This document shows, one piece after another, positions 50,111 through 62,180 of a stretch of DNA of 64,000 bases. Under the pieces are notes generated by a model that saw only the letters and a list, made by a program, of their open reading frames with translations, had not been told where the DNA came from and did no database searches. The translations under genes and the position numbers were made by a program. Source of the stretch: Octopus sinensis (Eukaryota); the NCBI RefSeq assembly GCF_006345805.1, contig NW_021837035.1, positions 1-64,000 of the forward strand, in the 5' to 3' direction. Position 1 is the first letter of the stretch. Every line of letters begins with the position of its first letter.

Positions 50111-53100
50111 CTAGGGAACGAAGGCGCATGTGTAGGTTGCAGTGTCTTCTCTGGACTCGAATACTTCTGTGTATACGATGTTCCTAGCTGTCCCTTTGGG
50201 CGAAAACATGAAAACATCATTGCGCCTCCCAACGCGTGAATAGCCCACGTAGAGTTGACCGTGGGCGAAGCACTGTTCACCCAAATGTAACCCAGCGACT
50301 TGTAGCGTTAGGATTTATTGATGGACATTGCGAAGCAGACTTTAACAGGAAACTGAGAACGCCTGAAGTGGATTGGTAGGTCAGCGCCCGACGGCTGAAG
50401 GTGCATTCGTGGAATGAAGACGTCCTCTCCCTTCCCACAACCGGTAAGTATTGTGGCCGTTATTAAATGTGGTGCCAAATGTTTCACAACCAGACGTGTG
50501 CCGTTGCACTGTTTAGGTGGAACCAAATTCCTGATGAGCATAATGGGCGCACCGACTTTTAACTTTAGGATGTGTGGCGGCAGGCATGGTGGTTCAAGTG
50601 AATTCAGGAATTCAACAGGATAATCGGCAAGCTCGGCGGGGTCTGCTGTCCTACCTATAGATTTGTAGACGTGGACATCACCAGGAATAGCTTCAAGTAG
50701 CTGGATATTGATGGAGTTGACGGTTGTATTTTGGGATGCGAGAATAGCTCTGCCTGCCAGGCATTTTACATCGCGTAAGTTGTTTTGTAGGTCGTGGAAG
50801 ACAGCGTCCCGGAGGCTAGCAGGGGTGTCGACAGTGGTGCAAAGTGAGTCCAATTGAACGCAGCCATCCGCATCAGCCGGCATCCCATTTTCACCGAGCG
50901 ATAAAAGATCCCTGGAGAATGCAGCGGATCCGCTGTCACCAATCAACTGCACGAGCATGTTAGTTGCGAGGTGCAAGGGCCGCACATGTTCCCAAAGAGC
51001 TGACGACTTAAGGCACGCGCGCACGGCATCGGCACGGGTTCCTTTTGGAATAACAGGTAGAGTCTGCCTGAAGTCTCCTGAAAGAAGTAAAGTCAATCCT
51101 CCCATGGGGGCCGTAGAGTCTCTGATGTCTTGCAGGGACCTGTCCAGTGCCTCAAGGGCGCCTTTGTGTGCCATAGTGCACTCATCACATACGATGAGTT
51201 TGCATCTGCGCAGAATGTCGGCCTGTTCTGAGTTCTTGGCGATGTTGCAGAGAGGTGACTCGGACTTTGCCAGATTGAGCGGGAGTCTGAAGGCAGAGTG
51301 GGCGGTTCTGCCACCCGGAAGCAACGTGGCCGCGAATACCAGAGGAAATTACAGCCAGGGCAATGTCCGTCTTGCGTCTGACCTGCCAGAATTAGTTTCG
51401 TGACGAAGGTTTTGCCAGTGCCGCCAGGTGCGTCAAGGAAGTAAATCCCCCCACGTCGCTGTCTGACACAGTCTACGATGGTGTTGTAGGCTATGCGCTG
51501 GTCTGGAAACAGTCGTGGTTCATTATTTTGGACGTACTGGTGCAGTTCCTCAATGCAGTAGGAAGTTTCGTATAACAATTCAGCAGATATAACATTGGCG
51601 TGTTCACGTGTGGGTGGTGGAAGGCCGTACTCTGTTAAAGCAGAGCCACCCATATCGATGACAGCGTCTTCGAGTTGAATAAGCGCAAAATTGTAAATGA
51701 AGTTGGTGAACGTGATCTCGGCGGAAGGGCAGTGTTGCTGAGCCCTACGTCAGAAGTACTGCGACATGTCATCCCCCTGTATTTCATCCAGAGACTTAGT
51801 GGGTCACTAAGCTGACATTTTTGAAGGTTTTTTTAGACCACACGAAGTACGATGGAAACCTGTGGGTACAAAAGCGTTCGAGCGAAGTCATCACGTTGGC
51901 ATAATTTGAAGAAATCGGTCAACGTTGTGCCTTTAGGGTTGGTGGCTACCTGCGCAGCACTTTGCTCTGTGAAGTAAATCCGCTGTCCATTTCCCAAGTG
52001 TACAGCAAGCTGCACCACACCCGGGTGTCTCTGATGGAGCGAGAAGCCGTAAATGCGCCAAAACGCTTCGTTGCTGCTCATCGGGGTCAGGAATCTCGGC
52101 GGAAATGAATTTGTCAATGTCAATGTCAGTAGTCTCGATTTTATTAGTTAGCCAAATTAAGATGTGAGCATGTGGGAAGCCCCGCTTTTGCCACTCGACC
52201 GAAAGCATGTGGCACCTGACATGCCCGAAAATCTGACCCTTAACTATCAAATCCATCATTTTGCCCAAATTCAGACGGAAAACCCTAGCAACGGTGTCGT
52301 GTCGATGGGTGTGAGACTGACCCGGGAGGAGTTCGCGAGAGATTTCGTCGCAGTTGGGATTGCACGTGTAGGTGATAAAGAGGTCCGGCCGGCCGTAAAT
52401 GCGCACGTAGGTCAAGGCGTCTTGGGTCCTTTCACGCATATATCACGGTCCTCCCGTGAAGGTGGAGGGTAGAATGCATGGCTTGTCGATGTTGCGAGGG
52501 TCAGTTTCTTGTTGCAAGCCGTCACGGAGATGAATGTAGGAGTCGGAGCGAAGTTTGGTCTGATTAAGTTTAATGTATAGCAGCCTTTCCGATTCCATTT
52601 TGGCGGCCATGTCGACGGCGAACTGGTTGAATAGCTGACGACAACGGGGCAATAAGTTGAACTCACCCTCCCTGACCATGAACGGGTATGAGTAGAACGC
52701 CCTGCAGGAAACCGTCTTTGATTCCGCAGTAGTTTGATTGGAGGGCTGCCGTAAAGGAATTCCGAAGTGGTAGCCGTTTTCCCCATAAGGGAAAAGCAAT
52801 GGATACTGAAGCGCGTCATAAGATCTGTGAGTCCCGCTGATCCTGCGTAGGCTGTTACCACGGGGGGAGATGATTATGTCACGGCTGTTGTGTTGCTCTC
52901 CGTGTATGACTGCGGCAATTTCATTGCACGCAGGTGCGTTGAACGGCGTTCGTGCTCCCCGTGGGGCCGTTTATCAGCATCAATGACAACGGTGAAGTTT
53001 GGAGATGGAGCACTGTCCAAGGCATACCTGAAGCTGCAGACGTAGCTGTTGATATCATGAAGCATGGTTTGGAGACGGAGAAGAACATCTTTGCGGGGAA

Positions 53101-54355
53101 CATAGCGTGTACCCGGTATTATTCCAAGGCGTACATCAACCTGCTGGTTGTAGTCGGCAATGAAGTAGATTTGGAGGAAAGAAGACTGCTGAATTTCGTC
53201 TGGCAGAAGTGACCCAATAAGATGATAGACCTGTCCCTGCACTTTGTAAGTAGGCATCCAGCCTTCTCTAGGAGGAATTTTGGCCCCGAAAGAAGTCATT
53301 TGGAATGAGCAGTTGTACTTTCGAATGATTTCAAGGAATTGTGACGATTCGGGGGTTAAACCCGCCGCGAGATCCTTCAGTGGTTGAGGTGGTTGCCGTA
53401 GGGGTGGCAGGTCCACTTTGCCACCAGAGCAGCACAAACCAGGTGGCTCTCCGGGCCATTTCTTGGCTTTGCAAAACTGGCATACAATTGTCATTGACCC
53501 TATCTTGATGTCGTCACGCAAGGAGAAGTTGATTGTGGCGTCATAGTTGAATGCTAGTGACGACCAGAAAGCGGGGGCAGGGGTACGTACACCACGAATG
53601 ATATCCCAACGTTTGTTGATACTCTCAAGTCGAGTGCGCCGTGCCTCAGCAGATTGAGATGCGCGTGCGACAGCGGTAGCAGTGGCATATCTTGAAAGCC
53701 TTTCAGCTCTCGCCTCAGCACCCTCTGAAGCCCTAACAGAAGCAGTGTTAATGGCATCTCTGGATGTCCGAATAGTTCGTTGGTCTGGAGTTTCGGCAGA
53801 TCGAGCCATGGCTATGTTTGCGGCGTTAGCAGCTTGGCGAGCTCTCCTCTGTTGAGGTGCTTCGGCAGATCGGGCCATGGCTGTGTTTGCGGCGTCAGCA
53901 GCTTGGCGAGCTCTCTTCTGTTGAGGTGTTTCGACAGATCGGGCCATGGCTGTGTTTGCGGCGTTAGCAGCTTGGCGAGTTTTCCTCTGCTGTGAGGTTT
54001 CGACAGATCGTGTCCTGGCGGTGCTAGCGTCGTTAGCCGCATTCCGAATGGCCCTTTGTTCGGGGTTCTCGCGAGCTCTGCGGATGGAAGCACAGGAAGA
54101 AGCCCGCATGTTTTGGCTGGACTGTTGCTCTTTCGTCAACCTCGAGCGGAAGGAAGATCAGTACGCTGCGGCCCTTGTAAGTCGGGTAGAACGTTCGCTA
54201 GTAGTTTCAGATGCCTGAGCAGCGGCATAACGGGAAGCTTTTTGCGAGAGGCGCAAGGCGGTTTCCTCGTGGGTCTCGCGTGCCCTTCTAGCCCTAGCAG
54301 CCGATGCCTTGGACGTCCGAGGGCTGAGGAGGGTCCTTCTCTTCTTGGGTGGCAT
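50111..54355 (-). pseudogene. Helitron Rep/PIF1-helicase (RepHel), with stops, frameshifts and two internal deletions
   Basis: MPPKKRR start; CQFCKAKKWPGEPPGLCCSGGKV zinc motif; YKVQGQVYH; LFPYGE; GRPDLFITYTCNP (Rep motif 1); VEWQKRGFPHAHIL (HUH); FLDAPGGTGKT (Walker A); CDECTM; GDFRQTLPV; CNGTRL; QFPVKVCFAMSINKS; HGQLYVGYSRV; NIVYTEV, then stop at 50113-50111. Confidence 0.93.
53588..54277 (-). repeat. Ten tandem 69-bp (23-aa) coding repeats at the RepHel N-terminus, STPR-like
   Basis: Units begin ETHEE / ETTSE / LTKEQ / ENPEQ / ETSQQ / ETPQQ / EAPQQ / ETPDQ / EGAEA / QSAEA at exact 23-aa spacing. Three units near 53800-54005 are almost identical at DNA level, with a 69-bp period (53799, 53868). 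Confidence 0.85.
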
Positions 54356-56799
54356 TTTGGTGGATAGCAATGTGTTTGGCAAAGGTGTAATAAAAAGGAA
54401 CACGTGGAGTAAGTATCCGAAAATGTATAAAAATGTACAAAAACGGCAAAAAAGCGGGCAGCAATGTGAGTGACAACAACGAAAAAGCGAAAAGTGACCA
54501 AACTTAACAAACGAATGGAAAACGTTTTTTGGTGTATACCACAAAAACGGCTTATAATAAACCAAGAGTTTGCAAGTAGCGTCCGAGGACCCTTAGGGTA
54601 CGTCAAAAATTTAAGGTAAAATGTTTGGGGTGGTAGTTATAAAGAAAGTTTAAACAAAAAAAGTATTCAAATAACTTGCGGCTGCAGCAGCTATTAGCAG
54701 AAGTGGCGGTGTTGGGGGTAAAGTCTCGAATGTAATTTCTTCCTGGTAGGAATTGGTTGGTTGAATTATCGATAACTGTTTGATAGTTATTTCAGAGTGT
54801 AAGAGTTAAAAAGGTCGAGTTGCGTCCCCTAGACAGTCTGTAGTTTGTGTTAAATACACAAATCGGTTTGCTATGTGTGCCACATATGATTTAATTAACC
54901 GATTTTTTCCAGTAATAAAGTATCCTATTGGAATAAAAAGGGCCATATAGCTCCTTGGAGCAGACATGATGCTCGTTGTGAATTTTAAAAAAAATTCCTG
55001 CCAATTTGTGAAAGATATTGTCGAAAAGATGTCATCTTGAATTTGAACGCGATTTCCCAAAATGGCATGATTTTATCGATTTTTTCTGATGGTAAGGTAT
55101 TGCATGGAAAACTAACATCAGAATTAAGTTTCTTAGGGTAACATTAAGCTTCACCATGAGTTTGGTGAAAATCGATTGTAAGTTGCGAAAACTACAACAG
55201 AAAATGTGTTGCATATAAAAAGGTTAGATTCTCGACCCCATGTCGAATTTATCGATTTTTTTTCAAAACTGGGGGAACTTTTCAAACTTTTCGTTGCGTT
55301 AGTTTTGAATAATGACATTGTGTGTTAAGTTTCATCAGAATCGGTTGAAAGCCGTGGTCAGGGTGAGGGTACAACCTGACAGACACACAGACAGACAAAC
55401 TGCCGTTTATATAGAGAGATACGTGCATACATACATACATTCATTCATCTATCCATCCATCTATCCATCCATCCATTCATCCATCCATACATCCATCCAT
55501 CCATCCATCCATCCATTCATACATACATACTTACATGAATGCATACGTACAAACATGCATACACGCGCGTGTGTGTGTATATATACACATATATGCACAT
55601 GTATGTGAGAACATGTGGGTATCTGCTTTTGTAAACGAGTGCGAGAAGGCTATTTAATGCATGTAATAGACTTTCTTTATTCCTCAAGACTTATGATTTG
55701 GTTCGTTGTTTTTATTTCTGCCTGGCTAAACACGTCATGGTAATTCTGACCACTATTATCAGTTCCAGTTCATCACAGAAAAACAAATTTCTAAACGTAT
55801 TTTCTTCTATAAAGATTTATTAATTTATTATTCTGACCAGTACTTCTTCTCTCTTCTGTTCTCTTGTACACCTTTCTCTCCCTCTCTCTTTCTCTATCTC
55901 CCTCTCTTTTTCTCTCTTTCCCTCCCTCTATCCATCTATCTATCTATTTATCTATCTATCTTTCTGTCTATTTATCTTTCTATCTATTTATCTCTCTTTC
56001 ACACACACACATACGCACAAAAAATCATTCCCTCCCTCTCTCTCATACTCCCTCTCTCTCCCGCCTTCTCTCTCCCTCCTTCTCTCTCCCTCTCTCTCCC
56101 TCACTCGCTCTCTCTCCGTAACATTCTATCAGTTTTTTTATCATTCCTTTTCTCACTATGTTTTGTGTGCGTCAGAGTTAACTTGCTTATATTCATGTGT
56201 TCAAAGCTTTCATATCTCTTCACACTGCCTCTTTACTTATCTTCCATTTTATCTTCAAAGCCCTTGCCATTTGAAACATACTGGATTTCGCTGTAAACAT
56301 TGTCCTCTTTCTTTCCGCATTGTGCAGCCCCCTCACTGCAGACATCAATTTGCATTGACGTTTCTTCAACTACCCGTAACTAGGGTCTATATACCTGGTT
56401 TTCTCTCCCTCAGCAAACAAATTGTTTTGTCCAAAATGCGTGAATCCGATTCTGTCAAGGTATGAAATATATTACATTTTTTTAATTACTTTTATTAGTT
56501 TTGCTCATTCGAAACAAACTATGCTTTCGTATTCCATGCTTTTACTCAGCTGCTATTTTTCCAAATAAATTATATCTTTCGTATAGGAATTGCTATTATT
56601 TTCATTTCTGAAGGGATATTTACAGGTCACATCCAGCTATCTAAACGGAAGTGTTGATCACCAAATGTTAAGGAATTTTGGTAGGAAAAAAGAAAAATGA
56701 ATTAAACACTTAAATAAAATCAACCATAAAACAAATCCTAAATACTTAAATATTGGAGCTGCACTTCTTTTGCTGACAATAGAGTTGCGTATAAAATAA

Positions 56800-58187
56800 T
56801 CTAGCCCGGCTTTTACATTTTATGTCCTAATACATCTCCTGATGTGGCTGTGTAGTCATATCCTGGACAAACACTCCCTCTGGCAGGTGCCGCAAATGTA
56901 ACGAAGACTTTGCCTGGCTGGTTGTAACGTCATACTTCTTGTTGACGTCTTTTCTTGTCTTTCCATTTCTCCTCTCCCTCTATGTCACTCCTTTGTTTTC
57001 CCTCTTTTACAGTACGTCGCCAATCGCCACGGTCACTGGCAACTGCTAATATTGATGTTGCAGGCATTCCTGTCCCTTTTGCAAACTTCCTTGTATCGTA
57101 AGAACTGTCTTGCCACAGACCTAGTGCCCCTAGCAAGCTCTCCGTTGAGTATGTTCTTGGGGATTCTGCCATATTCCATACGGCTAACATGTCCAAGCCA
57201 TCTCATACGTCTTTATGTGAGGAGTGCAAACATGCTTAATATTCCTGCTTGCTTCAGGACATCTTTGTTGGGGACATGATTCTGCCATTTGATGCGAAGG
57301 ATTTTCCGGAGGCAGCGCAGGTGAAAGATATTTAGGCGACGTATGGCGTCGTATGGCGTGTGTATGGCGTCCAACTCTCACTTCCATACCGTAGAGTGCT
57401 AAGTACACATGCCTGGTAAATCTTCATTTTTGTGGTCTTGATCAGCTTATTGTTGGAGAGTTGGGCCATCACAGCAGCTGCCTTGCCAATGTGTATATTG
57501 AGCTCAGCATCAAGGAATAGGTTGTAGGTAACGGTAGAGCCAAGATAGGTAAACTTCTCCACCTCCTGTAGTCTGTGGTCTCCAATATGTATGTTTGGGA
57601 TGTCCGATGTAGCCTGACCCATGATGTTGGTCTTCTTGAGGCTAATAAATAAGCCAAAGCTGCTACATGCTTGCTCAAAACGTTTGATGAGCCTTTGTAG
57701 GGCTTCTTCTGTGTGTGATACCAGAGCGGCATTATAAGCAAATAACATCTCCTTGATCAGGATGCTTCTTATTTTGGTCTTGGTAGGCAGACGCGAGATA
57801 TTGAACAGCTTCCAATCACTTCTACTGTGCAGAAACACTCCATCATTTAATGTCTCAAAGGCATGTGACAACAGCAGCGAGAAGATGCCAAATAATGTAG
57901 GAGCAAGGATACAACATTGCTTTATCATGGAAAGATTTGATGATCCTCAGCAGCTTTGGTGGACATCCGATTTTTCGGAGCAGGATGAACAGGCCTTTTC
58001 TACGTACCAAGTCAAAGGCCTTTGTCAGATCAATGAAGGCCATATATAATGGTATTTTCTGCTCTCTGGACTTCTGAAGTTGGCGTATGGAGAATATCAT
58101 GTCAATAGTTGATCTGCTTCTTCTAAAGCCACACTGCGATTCTGGATACATTCGAGAAGCAATTGATACATACAACTGAGTGGGCAA
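56800..58187 (-). mobile_element. 5'-truncated RTE-clade LINE (RT C-terminal half to 3' end), degraded
   Basis: YPESQCGFRRSRSTIDMIF; LYMAFIDLTKAFDLV; KIGCPPKLL; KQCCILAPTLF; LFAYNAAL (FADD decayed); ISLKKT; EKFTYLGS; KMKIYQACVLSTLRYGSESWT; RWLGHVSRM; ASDRGDWR. Confidence 0.92.
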
Positions 58188-58225
58188 ACAAAAATATGAG
58201 ACACTGCGTAGTGATTTTTTTATAT

Positions 58226-58535
58226 TTTGATAAGCCTGGTACTTATTCTATCAGTTTCTTCTTGTGAAACCAGTAAGTTATGGGGATGTAAATAAACGAG
58301 CACCAGTTGTGAAGCAGTGTTGAGGGAGAAACACAAAGACACACACATAGACTTACATATATTCATATATATACATACAATTGATTTCTTTCAGTTTCTG
58401 TCTATAAAAACCACTGACAAGGCTTTGGTTGGTCTCAGACTATAGCAGAAGACACATGTCAAGTTACCACACAGTGGGACTGAACTGAGGACCATGTGTT
58501 TTGGAACCAAGTTTGTTACCACACAGCCACACCTG
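58226..58535 (-). mobile_element. tRNA-derived SINE, same family as 23616-24090, 3'-truncated
   Basis: GGTACTTATTCTATC...TTTCTTTCAGTTTCTGTCTA..CAAGGCTTTGGTTGGTC..CTATAGCAGAAGACAC..TTACCACACAGCCAC. Confidence 0.82.
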
Positions 58536-58818
58536 CACCTATGTACGTGGGTGCATGTGGGGTGGGGTTGATCGGTTTGTGTGTATGTGTGTATGGGTGT
58601 ATATATGTATGCATGTATATATGTGTATATATATATGTGTACATATTACATGTACATCTTTATATACATCTAGACATACATGTAAATCTATAGAAATACA
58701 TATATACATATACAGCTATATATATACATGTATACATATACATCTATATATATACATGTATATATACATGTATACATATACATGTATATATATACATGTA
58801 TATATACATGTATATATA

Positions 58819-58861
<43 letters not shown>

Positions 58862-58914
58862 CATATACAATAGAGAGATGCTTTTGTTTCACTTTTAACA
58901 CGTAATACTGAAAT

Positions 58915-59241
58915 AGTGGAGAAGATGTGATATTGCTGTGGGCTCGCCCTAGACATGAAGTTAAAAATTGTTTTGCCTATAACACTACATGGACCCAAAG
59001 TAAGGCATGTGTAAAATTTGAATGAAATTGGTTGAGTAGATCTCAAGCTTTAGGGATTTATAGTGGAGAAGATATGATATTGCTACGGTCTCGCTCTAGG
59101 CAAGAAGTAAATTTTTTTGCCCATGACAATTCTAGGCCCCTAAGTAAGACATGTGTAAAAGTTGAATGAAAATGGTTATGTAGTTCTCAAGTTTAGTGAT
59201 TGACACAGACAGACACACATTCTCAGTTTTATATACATAGA
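58915..59241 (-). mobile_element. 5' portion of a non-autonomous Helitron-like element with a 147-bp tandem duplication
   Basis: Minus-strand A|TCTATGTATATAAAACTGAGAATGTGTGTCTGTCTGTG resembles the 5' end of the 50-55 kb Helitron. Two diverged units start at 58915 and 59062 (AGTGGAGAAGAT.TGATATTGCT...). No CTRR 3' end found. Confidence 0.6.
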
Positions 59242-59264
59242 TATATGTGTGTGTATGTGTGTAT

Positions 59265-59470
59265 TTGTTATTTGTGTCTGTGTTTGTCCCTCCACCATCG
59301 CTTCACAACCGATGTTGGTGTTTTTACCTCCCCGTAACCTAGCGGCTCATCAAAAAGTGACTGATAGAATAAACACTAAGCTTACAGAGAATAAGTTCTG
59401 GGGTCGATTTGTTCGACTAAAGGCGATGCTCAAACATAGCCGCAGTGAAATGACTGAAACAAGTAAAAGG
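59265..59470 (+). mobile_element. 3' half of the microsatellite-containing SINE family
   Basis: TGTGTCTGTGTTTGTCCCTCCACCATCGCTT.ACAACCGATG...CGACTAAAGGCGATGCTC..CATAGCCGCAGTGAAATGACTGAAACAAGTAAAA. Confidence 0.8.
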
Positions 59471-59611
59471 ATAAAAGAAAGTTTTGCGGGAGCGAGAAAA
59501 ATAATTCTCTCTTCTGGGTGGCTTTTACAAAGATTAATGCCTGAACCACGATATACAAAATTATTTATTTTCTATGGTTATTGACTTTATGAGAGATTTA
59601 GTGCTTGATGT

Positions 59612-59667
<56 letters not shown>

Positions 59668-61873
59668 TCGTATTTTTTTAACCAAAGAATTTAATTCTTA
59701 GTTAAAAATAATACGAGTGTATCTATCACAAAACAACTTAATTCATTCGTTCGATGTATTCAAAAACCATTGCTAGCTGAAAAGAAATATCTGGTTATAA
59801 AAGTATCAACAAAATTCTCAATAATCAAAAACAGGACTGTAAATATAGGTCTTCTGTATTGGTAAGACGAAGAACATACTGAGAAAAACTGGAATCGTCA
59901 CGTGTTTAGAGGATATTCAGTAGAAGTTTAAGATCATACGGAGAGCATTGTTCATGAGTTGGGGAAAATACAATTTGAAAGGTAATTGGTACTTTAATTT
60001 TGAGCGTATGTTCACGGACAGTTTGCGTTGTAGGCTTTTGACGAATAATTGATGATTCTTTAACTTTTTTACACAAGTATGGGCAAAAATGTCGGCAGTT
60101 GCAGCTGTGTATTGATACAAGTGTCCACCCACTTAGATACCAAGCTCAAAAAGAAAAGTTTACTGTTTTTATTGAATCTTGCACTCGTATACAAACAATT
60201 TATCAACGTCACCTACTGGACTTACGTATAACACTCCAGGTTGTTAAGCTAATTTCCAAAACCCTATCATTTAGTCTCCACATCGTTCCATGCTATATTT
60301 GTGCAAAATGGTATAGAGACTGAAATGCAGTGAGCAGAAAATCCCTGAAAAATCTGTGGTAAAACCAGGAAGTATAAGAGATGGAGCAGCGAATGTAACC
60401 TCTATATTACAGAGAAGCTAAATAATCTAACGCCAACATTGAGCATTCTGAACATCAGCGAATAAACTTCCTCTTTTTGCCCACATACGCTACAGTTTAA
60501 AATTCAAAATTTTAAGCAGAACTCCATTTTTTGCGATCCACCTTCCCAGCCTGGATAAGCACACCTATCTTCCATTGACACCCTTCGCACCTTTTCACAC
60601 GCATAAACACACCATACCAACGAAACCAGGTTCACATTCTTAAATTCAACTATATATACATAAAACCTATGCATCGCATAACATTTTATAAAGTGCATAG
60701 AACTTACAGAATTTGTAGTTTTTTTTTTTAATTATGAAATAATTAATATGCAAGTTCAATTACATTTATATATATGTAAGTGTGTATGTAGGCATTTATC
60801 TATATATGCATATGTGTATGTAGGTGTGTTTATTTATATATGTATATGTAGCTGCGTGTATTGATACATACACTATATGCTTCAAAATCTTTCATATAAA
60901 TAGGATAGCGCATGCATATGTATGTGTGTTTCAGTATATATATAAAGGTATAATATAGGTATATTTGGTATATTTATATACATTTGCACATATATGAACG
61001 CTATGTGAACGTATCTACACAAATATAAATTGTATATATATACACGTACACGTATAATGGCGTTTTCACGTATACACTATATTTTCTATATACTTTAATT
61101 TGCACGAAAACAACATGCATATTTGCAGCAGAAATACCTGCACCATAAATCGCAGTCAGCATCGGAGACCATGTACTGAAGTTTTAACGTGCATCAGTCA
61201 CAAAATATTCTGAATTAGCAAGCAAAACATTATAGGGTCCGCTATAAGGAGTCTTCAGGTGCCTTTGCACTCTACTGTTGCGGAAGACAAGATATTAAGT
61301 ACCACAATTTGTAGACACGTATGTATAAACTTTGAGTTCCTTTGGTATAGCTTTTGGCAAATCGGACATATATTGCTGCCAGCACTGTGCATAATTAGAC
61401 GGGTCTTGAACTGTCTAAGAATTTCCTATGGCCATTTGTCTGGCTAGATGTAATATACTACAATATACTATTCCTGTTGAAATAAAACCAACTACCGATT
61501 TAACCAATGATCTGGTGCCAAATAATATTATCTGCAGTTATTCCAATCGTGTATCTATGCTACCATACGTTTTAGAAGCGGCTTGCATTGACGATAAAAC
61601 TTATTTATCATCCTATATTGGGTCGAGGAATGTGTCGTCGTACGAATTGTTTCTTACTGACCAGTTGCCTAAACTAAGTAAAAAAGCAGACTAAAGCATT
61701 TTCTGATAAAAGGGCGTAAAAGGTGGTAGATTCGAAATTTTACATTTGCAGCAAACTGCATCTGACCCACGCTTATTGGAAACATATTTAGTTTGCTTTA
61801 ATAAGCATCACAACAGGTAAGACTCGATGTCACAGTTAACAGTAACAGGGTAACAGTAACTCTTATATATAAA

Positions 61874-62180
61874 GTGCGTGGCTTAGGGCTTGGAATAATC
61901 GGCTCACGATCGTAAGGTCGTGAGTTCAATTCCTGGCAACGCGTTGTGTCCTTGAGTGAGACACTTCATTTTCACATTGCTCCACTCAGCTGGCAAAAAT
62001 TAGTAATACTTGTATTTCAAAGGGCCAACCTTGTCACACTCTGTGTCACGCTGAATCTCCCCGAGTAAGAGTACATGTACCCGTGGAGTGCTCCAAAACT
62101 TGCAGATTAATTTCACGAGCAGACTGTTCCGTTGATCACATCAGCTGGGACCCACGTCGTTGTAACCGACGGAGTGCTCT
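61874..62180 (+). mobile_element. tRNA-derived SINE with a distinct head and the same 3' module as 33236-33420
   Basis: Head with a B-box-like GGTCGTGAGTTCAATTCCTGG and TTGTGTCCTTGAGTGAGACACTT; 3' half TGTATTTCAAAGGGCCAACCTTGTCACACTCTGTGTCACGCTGAATCTCCCCGAG...TTAATTTCACGAGCAGACTGTTCCGTTGAT...GTAACCGACGGAGTGCT. Confidence 0.82.

Larger units (their letters stand above)
50031..55419 (-). mobile_element. Helitron, 5389 bp, both termini intact, internally deleted RepHel gene
   Basis: Minus-strand 5' end A|TCTCTCTATATAAACGGCAGTTTGTCTGTCTG (TC at 55419-55418). 3' end ...CCCGGGCAACGCCGAGCTATGCTGCTAG|T, with a GC hairpin (50043-50058) ~10 nt before CTAG (50034-50031). Inserted between A and T with no TSD. 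Rep and PIF1 helicase motifs inside. Confidence 0.95.

Noticed and set aside
53799-54005. Regularly spaced near-identical repeats that superficially resemble a CRISPR array
   Set aside because: The units are contiguous 69-bp in-frame coding repeats with no unique spacers, inside a eukaryotic Helitron ORF.
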